A stretch of 43,574 nucleotides of DNA from Methanocella sp. GTDB taxonomy: Archaea; Thermoproteota; Bathyarchaeia; Bathyarchaeales; Bathycorpusculaceae. Positions 18,535 to 29,162 of this stretch are shown here, in pieces. Under the pieces are notes generated by a model. That model was not told the origin of the DNA. It did not search any database and saw nothing but the letters and a program-made list of their open reading frames with translations. Every line of letters starts with the position of its first letter. Within the stretch, counting starts at the first letter, position 1. The DNA is taken from NCBI GenBank assembly GCA_050261115.1, contig JBLNCY010000055.1:1-43574 (forward strand), in the 5' to 3' direction. Both the position numbers and the translations under genes were made by a program.

Positions 18535-18647
18535 AAAAATCAGCCACTACTCAATAGGTTTAGGGAGTTTGTGCATTAAATGTTTATGCCAGCCAGGTTG
18601 TAAAAGTATTTACTCAACAACCACCCTTCAACTAGCCAGACCAAAAA

Positions 18648-19646
18648 ATGACAAACACAAAAAGCGGGCTAAGCAGAATCAAAGTGACCCCATTAGCAGC
18701 CGAGAGTCTAGGGGTACGCTCCATGTGTACCCTAGTCGAAACGCCCGATGTATCGGTTCTTCTTGACGGCGGCGTCTCGCTTTGTCCCTGGCGCTTTAGC
18801 CTCCCGCCGCATCCAAAGGAATTCCAAACCATCATCCAGCTACGCCAAAAAATCGCGCAAGCCGCCGCCAAAGCCACCGTCACAACAATCAGCCACTACC
18901 ATTACGATCACCACACGCCCAGCTTCGAAGACTGGCTCGTCAACTGGACCCAAGGCTCCCAAACAGCCCAACAGATCTACCAAGACAAGACAATACTAGC
19001 CAAAAACCCCAAAGAAAACATTAACGCCAGCCAGCGGGAACGCGCTTGGATGTTTCAGAAGACGGCTGCAAAGCGCGCTAAAATGTTTGAGGCGGCGGAT
19101 GGCAAAACCTTTACCTTCGGAGATACGGAGCTTGTTTTCTCGCCGGCTGTTGCGCATGGCTCAGACGATCACTCATTAGGCTGGGTAACCATGGTCACCG
19201 TCGAGTGTGATGAGGAGCGGTTTATGTTTGCATCCGACGTGCAAGGCCCCATGTCCCTTTACACTACGGAGTTGATTTTGAATGCTAAACCCGACGTGCT
19301 TATGATGGGCGGGCCGCCGCTGTACCTTGAAGGGGGTAGGGTTTCTGAGAGGCAGATAAAACAGGCCCTACTGAACCTTACTCGTATTGTTGAGGCTGTT
19401 CCGCTGGTGATTTTGGAGCATCATGCCTTGCGCGACGCGTCCTGGCGGTCAAAACTCAGCAGCGTTTTCCAAAAAGCAGAAGCAACCGATCATAGCATCG
19501 TTACTGCGGCAGAGTTTTGCGGAGAGGCAAACAATCTGTTAGAGGCGAAGCGTAAAGAACTATTCCGGGACTTCCCCGTTTCAGCGGAGTTTCAGGCATG
19601 GACTAAAACCTTAACGGGCAAAACCATCACTAAACCGCCCCTATAG
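18648..19646 (+). CDS. UPF0282-like metallo-beta-lactamase-fold protein
   Basis: [35 protein letters not shown] and EHHALRD. Confidence 0.85.
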   Translation: MTNTKSGLSRIKVTPLAAESLGVRSMCTLVETPDVSVLLDGGVSLCPWRFSLPPHPKEFQTIIQLRQKIAQAAAKATVTTISHYHYDHHTPSFEDWLVNWTQGSQTAQQIYQDKTILAKNPKENINASQRERAWMFQKTAAKRAKMFEAADGKTFTFGDTELVFSPAVAHGSDDHSLGWVTMVTVECDEERFMFASDVQGPMSLYTTELILNAKPDVLMMGGPPLYLEGGRVSERQIKQALLNLTRIVEAVPLVILEHHALRDASWRSKLSSVFQKAEATDHSIVTAAEFCGEANNLLEAKRKELFRDFPVSAEFQAWTKTLTGKTITKPPL

Positions 19647-21638
19647 CTCTTGGTGCCGACGAAGAGTTTGACTATTAATCGCCACCAAAACGGTGCTAAG
19701 CGACATCAAGATGGCCCCCACCGCCGGGTCAATAACTACGCCAAAGCCAGCAAACACACCTGCCGCCAAAGGAATGGCGAATATGTTGTAGCCTGCAGCC
19801 CACCAGAGATTCTGCACCATCTTTGAGTATGTTCGCCGCGAGAAGCCGAGGGCTTTGGGCACATCTTGAGGGTTGCTTTTTACGAGGATGATGTCGGCGC
19901 TTTCTATGGCTACATCTGTTCCTGCGCCAATAGCTATACCGATATCCGCGGTTGCCAACGCAGGCGCGTCATTTATTCCGTCCCCAACCATAGCTACACG
20001 GTAACCCTGCCGTTTTAGTTCTTGGATTTTGGCGGCTTTCTGATCAGGCAATACACCCGCAAAGAACTCGTCAATACCCAACTGTTTAGCCACTGACGAC
20101 GCAACCGCTTCTGAGTCACCAGTCAACATGTAAACCCTAATGCCGCCAGCCTTCAACTCCTCAACAGCTCCACGAGACGCCTCACGGACACGATCGGCTA
20201 AAGCAAAAGCAGCTACAAGCGCTCCGTCTATGACTGCAAAAACCACCGTTTTACCTTCCGCCCCCAACAGGGCAACCCGCGGGTCATCGGTTTGGATTTT
20301 TAGGTCTTTCAGTATGCTTGGGCTGCCAACATATACGGTTTTGCCGTTTACTTTTGCTTTAGCGCCTTTGCCGGGGATAGCCATGAACGCCTCGCTTTGG
20401 GGGATGGAGACGCCCTGGTTTTTTGTGTATTTGACTATGGCTTTGGCGATTACATGCTCCGAGTTCTGCTCAACCGCAGCCACCAACGCCAACACATCCG
20501 CTTGCTCGGTGAAATGCACAATGTCTGTTACGCCGAACTCTCCCGCCGTTAAAGTTCCGGTTTTGTCAAAAACCACCGCATCCACTCTTCTGGCATCCTC
20601 GAAGGCTCTACGGTCGCGAATCAGAATGCCTCGTTTAGCAGTCATCGAAGTGGACAGGGCCACTACAAGCGGAATAGCTAAACCTAACGCATGCGGACAT
20701 GCGATAACCAGCACCGTAACGCTTCGGGTTAAAGCAAACTGGGCGTCACCCAACAATAGCCAAACCACAAACGTAGCTGCACCGACAAACAATGCAACAT
20801 AGAACAGCAGGGCAGCCGCGCGGTTTGCGAGGTCCTGTGTGCGTGACTTGCTCTCCTGCGCCTGTGCAACAAGCCGTAGCACCTGCGCCAGATAAGTCGA
20901 CTCACCCGTACGCTCAACCTTTAGGCGCAAAGCGCCGTCGCCGTTAACTGCGCCCCCAATAACCCTATCGTTAACCCTCTTATGTACTGGTTTGGATTCG
21001 CCTGTAAGTAGCGCCTCGTTAACGTATGATTCGCCGTCGACTACTACTCCATCAGAGGGAATCTTTTCGCCCGGCCGAACCAAAACCGCACTGCCCACCT
21101 GCAAATGCGAAACCGGCATATCCACAACCTCGTTGCCCATAACGACGTGGGCAGTTGTCGGCATCACCCTTACAAGCTCCTCCAGCGCCCGCGAAGCACC
21201 TAATACGCTTCGGGCTTCAAGCCAATGCCCAAGCAACATTACAACGATAAGAGTGGCGAGTTCCCAGAAAAAGTCGCCCCCAACCGGAAAAAACACGGTG
21301 GCAGCCGAGAAGAAGAAAGCAACAGATATTGCCGTGCCAATGAGTGTCATCATCCCGGGCTTACGCTGCCTAAGCTCACCGACTAAACCGGTGAGAAAGG
21401 GCCAGCCGCCATAGCCATAAATCACGGCAGCTAAAGCCAGAAGGATGTATTGTTGATAGGGAATTGTGAGGGTAAACTGAAACCAGGTTTGGATGGCTTC
21501 CGAAAAAAACAGAACAGGAACGGTTAGGGCGAGACAGACGAAAAAGCGGGTTTTAAGCGGCTCTGTATGCATAGCGTGCATGCTGTGAGTTGGCGCTTTA
21601 TGCTGAGTGCTATGCATTTTTGAAGCGTCATGTTGCAT
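19641..21638 (-). CDS. copB: Copper-translocating P1B-3 type ATPase
   Basis: His/Met-rich N-terminus, [32 protein letters not shown] and MSLST; start trimmed to ATG 21638 to avoid overlap with tfs. Confidence 0.92.
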   Translation of the reverse strand: MQHDASKMHSTQHKAPTHSMHAMHTEPLKTRFFVCLALTVPVLFFSEAIQTWFQFTLTIPYQQYILLALAAVIYGYGGWPFLTGLVGELRQRKPGMMTLIGTAISVAFFFSAATVFFPVGGDFFWELATLIVVMLLGHWLEARSVLGASRALEELVRVMPTTAHVVMGNEVVDMPVSHLQVGSAVLVRPGEKIPSDGVVVDGESYVNEALLTGESKPVHKRVNDRVIGGAVNGDGALRLKVERTGESTYLAQVLRLVAQAQESKSRTQDLANRAAALLFYVALFVGAATFVVWLLLGDAQFALTRSVTVLVIACPHALGLAIPLVVALSTSMTAKRGILIRDRRAFEDARRVDAVVFDKTGTLTAGEFGVTDIVHFTEQADVLALVAAVEQNSEHVIAKAIVKYTKNQGVSIPQSEAFMAIPGKGAKAKVNGKTVYVGSPSILKDLKIQTDDPRVALLGAEGKTVVFAVIDGALVAAFALADRVREASRGAVEELKAGGIRVYMLTGDSEAVASSVAKQLGIDEFFAGVLPDQKAAKIQELKRQGYRVAMVGDGINDAPALATADIGIAIGAGTDVAIESADIILVKSNPQDVPKALGFSRRTYSKMVQNLWWAAGYNIFAIPLAAGVFAGFGVVIDPAVGAILMSLSTVLVAINSQTLRRHQEL

Positions 21639-21670
21639 AAATAGAAAAAGGGGTATACCCCTTTTGGGCG

Positions 21671-22015
21671 TTAAGTGTATTCTCGGAATGTGTAGTTGCA
21701 CTGTGTACAGCGCAGGAACTGGGTGGATGATTCGTCAGACCCGCGGGTTTGCACCAGCCAGACGTTGGCAGTGTTGTTGCCGCATCGAGGGCACTCAACC
21801 TGTATGGTGGGCATCGTGTAGAGTTGCTGCTCTTCTCTGCCTATGACAGCCACCATCTGTTTGGGGTTGTGCTCTATGAATTTTCCATTGAGAATCGTGG
21901 GTTGGGTTTCTTTTTTGACGCCGCACTTTGTGCAGGTTAACAATAGTAATGCTTGGTTTCCTGAGTGGGTTTTTATTGGTTTTAGTCTTGAACCGCATTC
22001 TGAGCAAAATTCCAT
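21671..22015 (-). CDS. tfs: Transcription factor S (TFS/RpoM)
   Basis: MEFCSECG...CTKCG and CPRCGN...[18 protein letters not shown]; GGAGTG RBS before ATG 22015. Confidence 0.93.
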   Translation of the reverse strand: MEFCSECGSRLKPIKTHSGNQALLLLTCTKCGVKKETQPTILNGKFIEHNPKQMVAVIGREEQQLYTMPTIQVECPRCGNNTANVWLVQTRGSDESSTQFLRCTQCNYTFREYT

Positions 22016-22055
22016 ACTACACTTCACTCCTAAAGTTTTCATTGCATCAGAGGAT

Positions 22056-22124
22056 GTTAGCTGGGCGTAAACCCGGAAGAGAGAGAGGGGGAGGGGAACA
22101 GGTTGGGCTTACGCCTCAACTAAC
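22056..22124 (-). ncRNA. Long hairpin with pyrimidine-rich loop in the tfs leader (candidate sRNA/5'UTR element)
   Basis: On the minus strand GUUAGUUG-A-GGCGUAAGCCC pairs with GGGUUUACGCC-CAGCUAAC (19 bp, 2 G-U, one bulge) around a 30-nt CU-rich loop. Confidence 0.55.
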
Positions 22125-22157
22125 TGTTGGTCTGACGCTTACTTTTTTAATCACATT

Positions 22158-22355
22158 TTAGGTGTGATTATTTCCATTAGGGCATGTTGATTCATAAATA
22201 ACGATGTGGCTTCGGGATGGCAACAACAGTTGATTATTAGTTTGTAGCCAGTTATCGCCAAATATTGTTCCGTGATGTTTGTTTACTCGATGGAGCCTTA
22301 GCTGTTGAGGATCAGCCATGGTTTTTCTGCATATGGGGCAACGGAGAACTCTCAT
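22158..22355 (-). CDS. Small C2H2 zinc-finger protein
   Basis: C-x2-C-x12-H-x4-H (CPICRKTMADPQQLRLHRVNKH); GGCGG RBS-like site. Confidence 0.6.
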   Translation of the reverse strand: MRVLRCPICRKTMADPQQLRLHRVNKHHGTIFGDNWLQTNNQLLLPSRSHIVIYESTCPNGNNHT

Positions 22356-22549
22356 ACATGCCGCCTGCCTGTCACCTATGCCCTAGGCGGTATTTAACAC
22401 GATGTGACTGCTAAGCGACAGCAACAACCGACAAGCCGATAAACCAAACCCAACCCTAACAGGGCACCCAATTAAGAAGTTATGACACGTTTTTTGGTAT
22501 TGTTATTCTTATATACTCTTTTAACGTAATCTGCCCTACGGTAATCACT

Positions 22550-25500
22550 TTGACAGCCCAAAACCAAGCAGATCAAAACCCCAACAGTTTACCACCAAAC
22601 TACACCCCGCTTGAACTCGAAGAGGAAATCCGCAAATTCTGGAAGAAAAACCAAATCCGCCAAAAACTTGAGCAACTCGAAAACTCACCAAACATCAAAG
22701 GCATCATAGGATACGTCGAAGGACCACCAACACTAAACGGTATCCCTCACATCGGGCATGCACGCGGCCGCATAATGAAAGATATCCGCTACCGATGGAA
22801 AACCATGGAGGGTTACTATATGCCGTTTTGGGCGGGATGGGACTGCCAAGGGCTCCCCGTTGAACTCGAAGTAGAAAAGCTTCTTGGCGCCCGCAACAAA
22901 CGCGAATCCATAGAAAAGTACGGCATGGAACGCTATGTTGAGGAATGCAAAAAAACCCTTGGTAAGTACCATGCGATGTGGCTTGAAGCCGATAGCCGAT
23001 TAGGCATCGCCATAAACCAAGACAAAGCTTACTGGACCTACAAAGATGAATACATCGAGCGTGAATGGCACATCCTTAAGGCGGCATGGGACCAAAAGCT
23101 GCTTGAAGAAGGGCACTATGTTGTGCCGTACTGTCCTGGCTGCCAAACAAGCCTCAGCAGCGCTGAAGTCGGCTATGAAGGAAGCTACAAAGAAGTCGAA
23201 GACCCCTCCTTGTACTTCAAATTCAAAGTTACTGGTACCCAAAACGAGTACTTCTTAGTCTGGACCACCATGCCTTTCACAGTGGTCACCGACACCATGC
23301 TTGCGGTACAACCAAAAGCAGAGTACGCAAAGGTGAAGGTGGGCGACGAAATCTGGATTATGGTTCGCCCTCGCGTCGAGGCATTAATGACAGAATTAGA
23401 TATCAAGAACTACAATGTTCTTGAAACCCTCCCCGGCAGTAGCCTAGAGGGCAAAGCCTACGATTATCCACTCAAAGACATCATCCCCAAACAAGCCGAA
23501 CTAGAAACCAAACATCCCCTAGTTCACCATGTCATAGGCGAAGACTTCGTCGACGTGGAAACCGCAACGGGCATTGTTCATCTCTCACCCGGCAACGGCG
23601 AGGACGATTTCTGGGCAGCACAACGCAGAGGCGTCCCCATCTATGTCCCCTACAACGATGAAGTCAAGTTCACCCAAGATGCTGGGCAATTCGCTGGAGT
23701 ATTTGCACGCGAAGCAGATATGGTAGTAGTCGAGGAACTCCGCAGCCGAAACGCATTCGTTAAAATAAAGAAAATCAAACACGAATACCCCCACTGCTGG
23801 AGAAGCCACCACAGAATCGTCTGGCTTGCACGCAAAGAATACTTCCTGCGCACCGACCGAATCAACCAAAAAGTACTCGAAGCAGCAGGCAAAGTTGAAT
23901 ACTTCTATGAGGAACCCAAAAACCGATTCATCAGCTTTCTCAAAGAAGGCAAACCATGGTGCATCAGCAGAGAACGCATCTGGGGAACCCCCCTGCCGAT
24001 ATGGACCTGCGGTTCCTGCGGAGAACAGCGTCTAGTCGCAAGCAAAAAAGAACTCATCGAAGCAGCACAAGAAGAAATCCCCGAAAATTTTGAGCTACAC
24101 AAGCCCTGGGTCGATCGAGTAACCATAAAATGCAGCAAATGCGGCGGCACCATGAAACGCGAAGACTTCGTACTCGACACCTGGCACAACAGCGGAGCTT
24201 CACCCCACGCACGCTTCACAGACGATGAAGAAGCAAAGTACATCCCCGCCGACTGGTTAACCGAGGGCATCGATCAGACCAGGGGCTGGGCAAACTCGCT
24301 ACTGCTTGAACGCGTCATCCTAACAGGCAAAGCCCAAGCACCCTACAAGGCGTTCCTATTCCAAGGCCTAACCCAAGACGCGAAAGGCCGCAAAATGAGC
24401 AAAAGCCTTGGCAACGTAATCCAAACAAACGAACTGCTATCTAAATACAGCGCGGACCTCTGCCGATTCTACATGACCCGCAAATGCAGCCCCACAGATT
24501 TCATGAGTTTTGACATGCAAGAACTCACCCGCCGAAGCTACCAAAACCTCTCCACACTCTACCACCTCAACCGCTTCTTCATGGAAAACGCCACCTTTGA
24601 CAACTTTGACCCAGCCAAATACTCGTTTGACTGGGCAATTCAGTCAGGCAAACTTCAACCTGCAGACATATGGATGCTCTCTGTGCTACAGGACACCATC
24701 GAGGATTACACTGCAAAGCTGGGCCGATGCGAGTTCAACGCTGCCCTAAGCATACTTGATGACTTTGTTATTGAAACACTTAGCCGCCTCTATGTGCCCA
24801 TGATCCGAAAAGAGCTCTGGACAGACGACCCAGACACCGTTGAGCGTCGCCAAACCATCTACGCATTACTCCACGGCACACTAAAGACGGTAATCTTACT
24901 CTTCAACCCCGTTACGCCCTTCCTAAGCGAAGCACTCTACCAAAAAATCTACCGCCAACTCGAACCCAGCCTCCCTGAAACCGTCAACTTAGCGCCTTGG
25001 CCCCAGCCTAATCCCGCAGCTAGAAACAAAACAATCGAGGAACAATTCGAGATCCTTCTAAAAGTGGTCTCCATATCTTTTGCAGCACGCCAACAAGGCA
25101 AACTAAAGCGTCGCTGGCCACTAGCCAAAGCCATAGTTATAGCCCCCCAGAAAGTCCTTGATGCACTAAAACCGCTGGAGGCATTGCTCCTTGAACAAAC
25201 AAACGTAAAGGATGTGGAATATGCCACTGCAGTTCCAGACTATGTGGGTGGCGAGAACTGGGTAAGCAGCCAAGAGGAAGACATAACAGTCTTTGTTAGC
25301 GGTCAACGCGACGATAGACTGCTTGGCGAAGGCATCATGCGTGACTTAGCACGCCGTGTTCAGGCACTCCGTAAAGAACTGGGCTTTGTACCGACTGAAG
25401 TTCTTGAATCTATCCACATCGCCGAGTTAGACACCGAAAGCACAACACTACTGCAACCCTACCTTGAGGAAATGGCTGGACTGGTTCGCGCACGCAAAAT

Positions 25501-25588
25501 CTACCTTCACACAAACCGAAACGAAGTCGAAGCAAACTGGCATCAATCCGAATTAGACGGCAAAAAAATCTACCTAAACATCCACTAG
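22550..25588 (+). CDS. ileS: Isoleucine--tRNA ligase
   Basis: EGPP, HIGH, GWDCQGLPVE, WTTMP, HCWRS, WCISRER.WGTPLP, EGIDQTRGW and KMSKS. Confidence 0.96.
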   Translation: MTAQNQADQNPNSLPPNYTPLELEEEIRKFWKKNQIRQKLEQLENSPNIKGIIGYVEGPPTLNGIPHIGHARGRIMKDIRYRWKTMEGYYMPFWAGWDCQGLPVELEVEKLLGARNKRESIEKYGMERYVEECKKTLGKYHAMWLEADSRLGIAINQDKAYWTYKDEYIEREWHILKAAWDQKLLEEGHYVVPYCPGCQTSLSSAEVGYEGSYKEVEDPSLYFKFKVTGTQNEYFLVWTTMPFTVVTDTMLAVQPKAEYAKVKVGDEIWIMVRPRVEALMTELDIKNYNVLETLPGSSLEGKAYDYPLKDIIPKQAELETKHPLVHHVIGEDFVDVETATGIVHLSPGNGEDDFWAAQRRGVPIYVPYNDEVKFTQDAGQFAGVFAREADMVVVEELRSRNAFVKIKKIKHEYPHCWRSHHRIVWLARKEYFLRTDRINQKVLEAAGKVEYFYEEPKNRFISFLKEGKPWCISRERIWGTPLPIWTCGSCGEQRLVASKKELIEAAQEEIPENFELHKPWVDRVTIKCSKCGGTMKREDFVLDTWHNSGASPHARFTDDEEAKYIPADWLTEGIDQTRGWANSLLLERVILTGKAQAPYKAFLFQGLTQDAKGRKMSKSLGNVIQTNELLSKYSADLCRFYMTRKCSPTDFMSFDMQELTRRSYQNLSTLYHLNRFFMENATFDNFDPAKYSFDWAIQSGKLQPADIWMLSVLQDTIEDYTAKLGRCEFNAALSILDDFVIETLSRLYVPMIRKELWTDDPDTVERRQTIYALLHGTLKTVILLFNPVTPFLSEALYQKIYRQLEPSLPETVNLAPWPQPNPAARNKTIEEQFEILLKVVSISFAARQQGKLKRRWPLAKAIVIAPQKVLDALKPLEALLLEQTNVKDVEYATAVPDYVGGENWVSSQEEDITVFVSGQRDDRLLGEGIMRDLARRVQALRKELGFVPTEVLESIHIAELDTESTTLLQPYLEEMAGLVRARKIYLHTNRNEVEANWHQSELDGKKIYLNIH

Positions 25589-25597
25589 GCGCCAACC

Positions 25598-25780
25598 ATG
25601 ACAGAGCAACAAAACGGCTCCAACCCCTACCTCAAATGCCCCCACTGCGCCTGCATCTTTTTTTCGCAGGCAGACCTCCAAAAACACATGGCGGCGTTTG
25701 GGCAAAACAAGGAGCAGCACATAGCAAATTACCGAAAGATTCATGGTCGGCTTGAGCATGGCTATGGCAGCGACGAATAA
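25598..25780 (+). CDS. Small zinc-finger-like protein (60 aa)
   Basis: C-x2-C-x3-F-x5-L-x2-H core; starts 9 nt after the ileS stop. Confidence 0.6.
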   Translation: MTEQQNGSNPYLKCPHCACIFFSQADLQKHMAAFGQNKEQHIANYRKIHGRLEHGYGSDE

Positions 25781-25961
25781 CCTTTAGCTTTTTTAGCTTA
25801 CTTTTAAGCCCATTGACCCGTCATGGGCAACCGAAACTACGCACCACAGGTACTGAGCTAAACGGGAGTCCTATATTGTCTGCTAGGGAAGATGGCAATC
25901 TGTTGCTTGTTGGCAATAGCTTTATTATTTCACACAAGTACTTTTCTGGCGGTGTAAGCGT

Positions 25962-27002
25962 ACGGAAGAAGCAACAATCTGGGAACCCGCAGACGGAGAC
26001 ACCTTCGTCACAAAAGACGGATTCATTATGAACACATTCGGCTACGAGCACCCTGACGACAGGGTATTCGCATTCCTCAAGTACATCCCCGCCAAGTACA
26101 AGGAACTATTCGATGTCGAGATGCTCATGCGCACATGGAGATTCGGCACAAATCCCCTCACCAGCCAGCTTTTCCGTGCAGAAAAACTCTATACAGCCAA
26201 AAACTATCAAACGTTTATTGAGGCGTTCCGCAAGAACTTTCCTGATTACCTCTACTTCGACCAAACACGGGGCAAAGAACTCATCACCGCTCCCCTGGAT
26301 AAGATTGAGCAGGTTTTTGTTCCCAAAGACCGCTTAGTCTGGCTCCGGAACCTCAAAAACCCCGATGACTTCCAAAGGATGGCTCTGGAACTAATCGACC
26401 TCGTGCAGAGAGAATCAGACGTACCCTACGAGGACCTGGGGCTACATGGCTCGACAGCTTTAGAGATGCATTCGCCTGAATCAGACATAGACTTCGTCGT
26501 CTATGGCACCGCGAACTTCCGACGAGTCGAACAAACCCTCCAAATCCTCGCTAATCAGGGCGTAGTCAGCTACATAGCTGGTAACCGCATAGAGGCAGCA
26601 AGGCATTTTGTCGGCAAGTACAAAGGCAAAATCTGGATGTACAACGCCACCCGAAAGCCAGAAGAAATCAAGGGCAAATACGGCGACTACACCTACACGC
26701 CACTGGCGCCTGTGCGGTTCTGGGCAACCATCTGCGACGATACCGAAACAATGTATCGGCCTGCAATCTACAAAATAAGTAACTATAAACCCATGGATCC
26801 GCAATCTGAACTTCAACTCGAACAAATCCCAGTACAGGTCGTCTCAAACATAGGTTGCTACCGAAATGTCGCACGCGTAGGGCAGCAAGTCAAAGTTGCA
26901 GGCACCCTAGAGAAAGCCACCTCCACCACAGACGGCACCAGCTTCTACCAAGTAGTCGTAGGCACAGCTACCAGCGAAGAAGAATACATATGGCCAGCCT
27001 AA
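25962..27002 (+). CDS. COG1665-like nucleotidyltransferase (Pol-beta superfamily), paralog 1
   Basis: GLHGS-x10-DIDFVVYG; homology to the two neighbours extends upstream of ATG 26028 ([16 protein letters not shown]); probable start at ACG 25962. Confidence 0.85.
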   Translation, partial: TEEATIWEPADGDTFVTKDGFIMNTFGYEHPDDRVFAFLKYIPAKYKELFDVEMLMRTWRFGTNPLTSQLFRAEKLYTAKNYQTFIEAFRKNFPDYLYFDQTRGKELITAPLDKIEQVFVPKDRLVWLRNLKNPDDFQRMALELIDLVQRESDVPYEDLGLHGSTALEMHSPESDIDFVVYGTANFRRVEQTLQILANQGVVSYIAGNRIEAARHFVGKYKGKIWMYNATRKPEEIKGKYGDYTYTPLAPVRFWATICDDTETMYRPAIYKISNYKPMDPQSELQLEQIPVQVVSNIGCYRNVARVGQQVKVAGTLEKATSTTDGTSFYQVVVGTATSEEEYIWPA

Positions 27003-28063
27003 AACTACGTGACCGCGACGCTATACAAAGCGCAGAAGGCATCATCTTCCGAGTCTTCGGATACAGCCACCCCCCAAACGCGTATCTCTGCGACGCGGAA
27101 TACGCCAGCCAAAAAATCTTCAACTCCAAAGACCCCCGAGCCCCACGCGAAGCACCAGGCGAACTCTACTACAAATTCTACAACGACGAAGGCATGAAAC
27201 TCGTCGCCAAAAACTATCCACAGTACTTGGTCCAGCATGAGATGCTTGGGTTAAAACTCGTAGGCGTCCCCCATGACCTGATCGCAGAGGTTCGTCAGCC
27301 ACAGCCCAGGCTCCAGGAGCTACTAAAAAAGGGCCCAACAGACCAACTCTTGGCGGCGATGATGCGTGTGTTAGACATCGCCTCAAAACAGTCAGGCGTC
27401 GATAAGGAAAGCTTTGGCGTCTTCGGCTCCATGCTGCACGGCTTTCATCACCCAAAATACAGCGACATCGACTTCACCATCTATGGCAAAACGGAAAACC
27501 GCAAAATCCGCGAAACCAACGCCGAACTATACAATGACCCAAACAGCGGCTTAACCAATGAATTTGCCTCTGAAAAAGCCATGGAGGGCAAACGATGGCT
27601 GTTTAGGAACTTTACCGTTCAGGACTTTGTGTGGCATCAGCGTCGAAAATTCATCTACGGCCTCTATGACGACCGCAAGCATAGCGGCAGAATCATTAAA
27701 GCCGAATTCGAACCCATAAAAGATTGGAGCGAAATCCAAAACGAATACAGATCCAACACGCGTATAGTACCTAAGGGCTGGGTGAAACTCAAAGCTAAAG
27801 TAACCGCCGACGATGACGGACCATTCATTCCATCCATCTACGGCATAGAACCCCTCGAGGTTCTCGATGGGCCAAGAGAAGCCATAGAGGTCAAGCGTGT
27901 CTTTAGTTACATGGAGGAATTTCGCCAACAAGTCCAACGCGACGAAACCGTCATAGTTGAAGGCAACCTCGAAGAAGTCCAATCGCCCAACGGCAGCTAC
28001 ATGCAGGTTACCCTGACGTACTGCCCACGCTACTACGAGCAGGTGCTAAAAGCGCTGCATTAA
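26990..28063 (+). CDS. COG1665-like nucleotidyltransferase, paralog 2
   Basis: ATG 26990 ([21 protein letters not shown]), GVFGS-x11-DIDFTIYG and C-terminal [10 protein letters not shown]. Confidence 0.88.
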   Translation: MASLKLRDRDAIQSAEGIIFRVFGYSHPPNAYLCDAEYASQKIFNSKDPRAPREAPGELYYKFYNDEGMKLVAKNYPQYLVQHEMLGLKLVGVPHDLIAEVRQPQPRLQELLKKGPTDQLLAAMMRVLDIASKQSGVDKESFGVFGSMLHGFHHPKYSDIDFTIYGKTENRKIRETNAELYNDPNSGLTNEFASEKAMEGKRWLFRNFTVQDFVWHQRRKFIYGLYDDRKHSGRIIKAEFEPIKDWSEIQNEYRSNTRIVPKGWVKLKAKVTADDDGPFIPSIYGIEPLEVLDGPREAIEVKRVFSYMEEFRQQVQRDETVIVEGNLEEVQSPNGSYMQVTLTYCPRYYEQVLKALH

Positions 28064-29073
28064 TGCAGAAGCACCATGTAATCTTCTGGCTTATTGCCCA
28101 AAATCAACCGATAATGTGTCTTACCGCTTTTTTCGGTGACTAACTCGATTTTACCCTGCGCCTCGATAGATTCGCCGGCGGTGACTTGCATGCAGAAGCG
28201 ACCTCGGAAAGAAACCGCTTCAGTGATAGACGCCAGTTTGGGACCCTCAAGCACCTCAACGCCATCAAGTGTGTAGCTGCAGGGCGTAAAAAGTGCATCT
28301 TCACCGTTTACAACGGCACCTCTGATTTTGCAGTAACCCCCATTTTGATAGTGTACGTCGCCGTATTGTTCGGCTGTTTCGTTCCAGTCTTTTAGGAAGC
28401 GGATGAAGTAGTCGGTTCCCATAAACATGCCCTGAAACGCCTTCCGATTCTCAACATGCTTGAAGTCTTCAAAGGTCATCTGTGTGTCTTTGACGCGGAA
28501 GTCATAGAGGGTTCCAAGTTCAGATTCGGTATAGGCTTTGAAGCCTGAGCCTTCAGTTTCACGCAGCTCCTGTAGCGCTGTGTATGCTTTTTGGCTATTT
28601 TCGATGCCGTACACAAGCGGGTCTATGTCGGAGGTATCTGTAGTTAGTCCCGCCATGATAGAACCAGAGATGCCTATGGCGCTCCAAGGAATATCTGCCT
28701 TCTCTTTGAGTGTTGCCGCTAGACGGTAGGCTTTTTCCTCCAGTGGGGTGCGGTTTTTGGATTCACGGAGCTGGGTTAACTTGTCTGTTGGTTTATAGAC
28801 CTCCACGATTTGGTCGATTGGGACTTCGCAGAGCGTTTCACCAAAAACCGGGTCAAAGACGATTAGGTCTGGGTGGTGTTTTTGTAGGTATGCGAATCGT
28901 TCGTTTAGACTGTAGACTTTGCCGTAGGTTGTGTTGTTGGCTTTGCGGGCGCCGTCTGCTTGGGGAATAAACCGTGGGAAAGCGATGACTTTGTCTTTGG
29001 GGTGGACGGTACCCTTTACATCGAAAACTACGTTAGCTTTTGTTCGTATTAAGTCGCCTTCGCGAGTCAGCAT
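28060..29073 (-). CDS. COG1665-like nucleotidyltransferase, paralog 3
   Basis: REGDLI..FDVKGTVHP, GISGS-x10-DIDPLVYG, SFRGRF and GESIEAQGKIE. Confidence 0.88.
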   Translation of the reverse strand: MLTREGDLIRTKANVVFDVKGTVHPKDKVIAFPRFIPQADGARKANNTTYGKVYSLNERFAYLQKHHPDLIVFDPVFGETLCEVPIDQIVEVYKPTDKLTQLRESKNRTPLEEKAYRLAATLKEKADIPWSAIGISGSIMAGLTTDTSDIDPLVYGIENSQKAYTALQELRETEGSGFKAYTESELGTLYDFRVKDTQMTFEDFKHVENRKAFQGMFMGTDYFIRFLKDWNETAEQYGDVHYQNGGYCKIRGAVVNGEDALFTPCSYTLDGVEVLEGPKLASITEAVSFRGRFCMQVTAGESIEAQGKIELVTEKSGKTHYRLILGNKPEDYMVLLH

Positions 29074-29162
29074 CTATGTTGTATCCTTCTTCATTTGTGT
29101 GTACAAAACTACATAACGTTAATAAGGGTTTTTTCGGAGGGTTATAGAACGGTTATCAGATA

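Noticed and set aside
20140-20802. Long antisense ORFs (here and opposite pfkA, ileS, glmM, acdB)
   Set aside because: Shadow ORFs of well-supported genes, caused by codon bias.
25813-26031. 72-aa ORF upstream of NTase paralog 1 as a frameshifted N-terminus
   Set aside because: No similarity to the paralog N-termini; the conserved residues are already in the main frame, so no frameshift is needed.
26855-26989. N-terminal extension of the 402-aa ORF
   Set aside because: It overlaps paralog 1 and is low-complexity; family homology begins at ATG 26990.
26028-29073. Nucleotidyltransferases as MNT-HEPN toxin-antitoxin or CBASS cyclases
   Set aside because: They are much longer than MNTs, have no adjacent HEPN, effector or Cap genes, and sit in a core-gene context.
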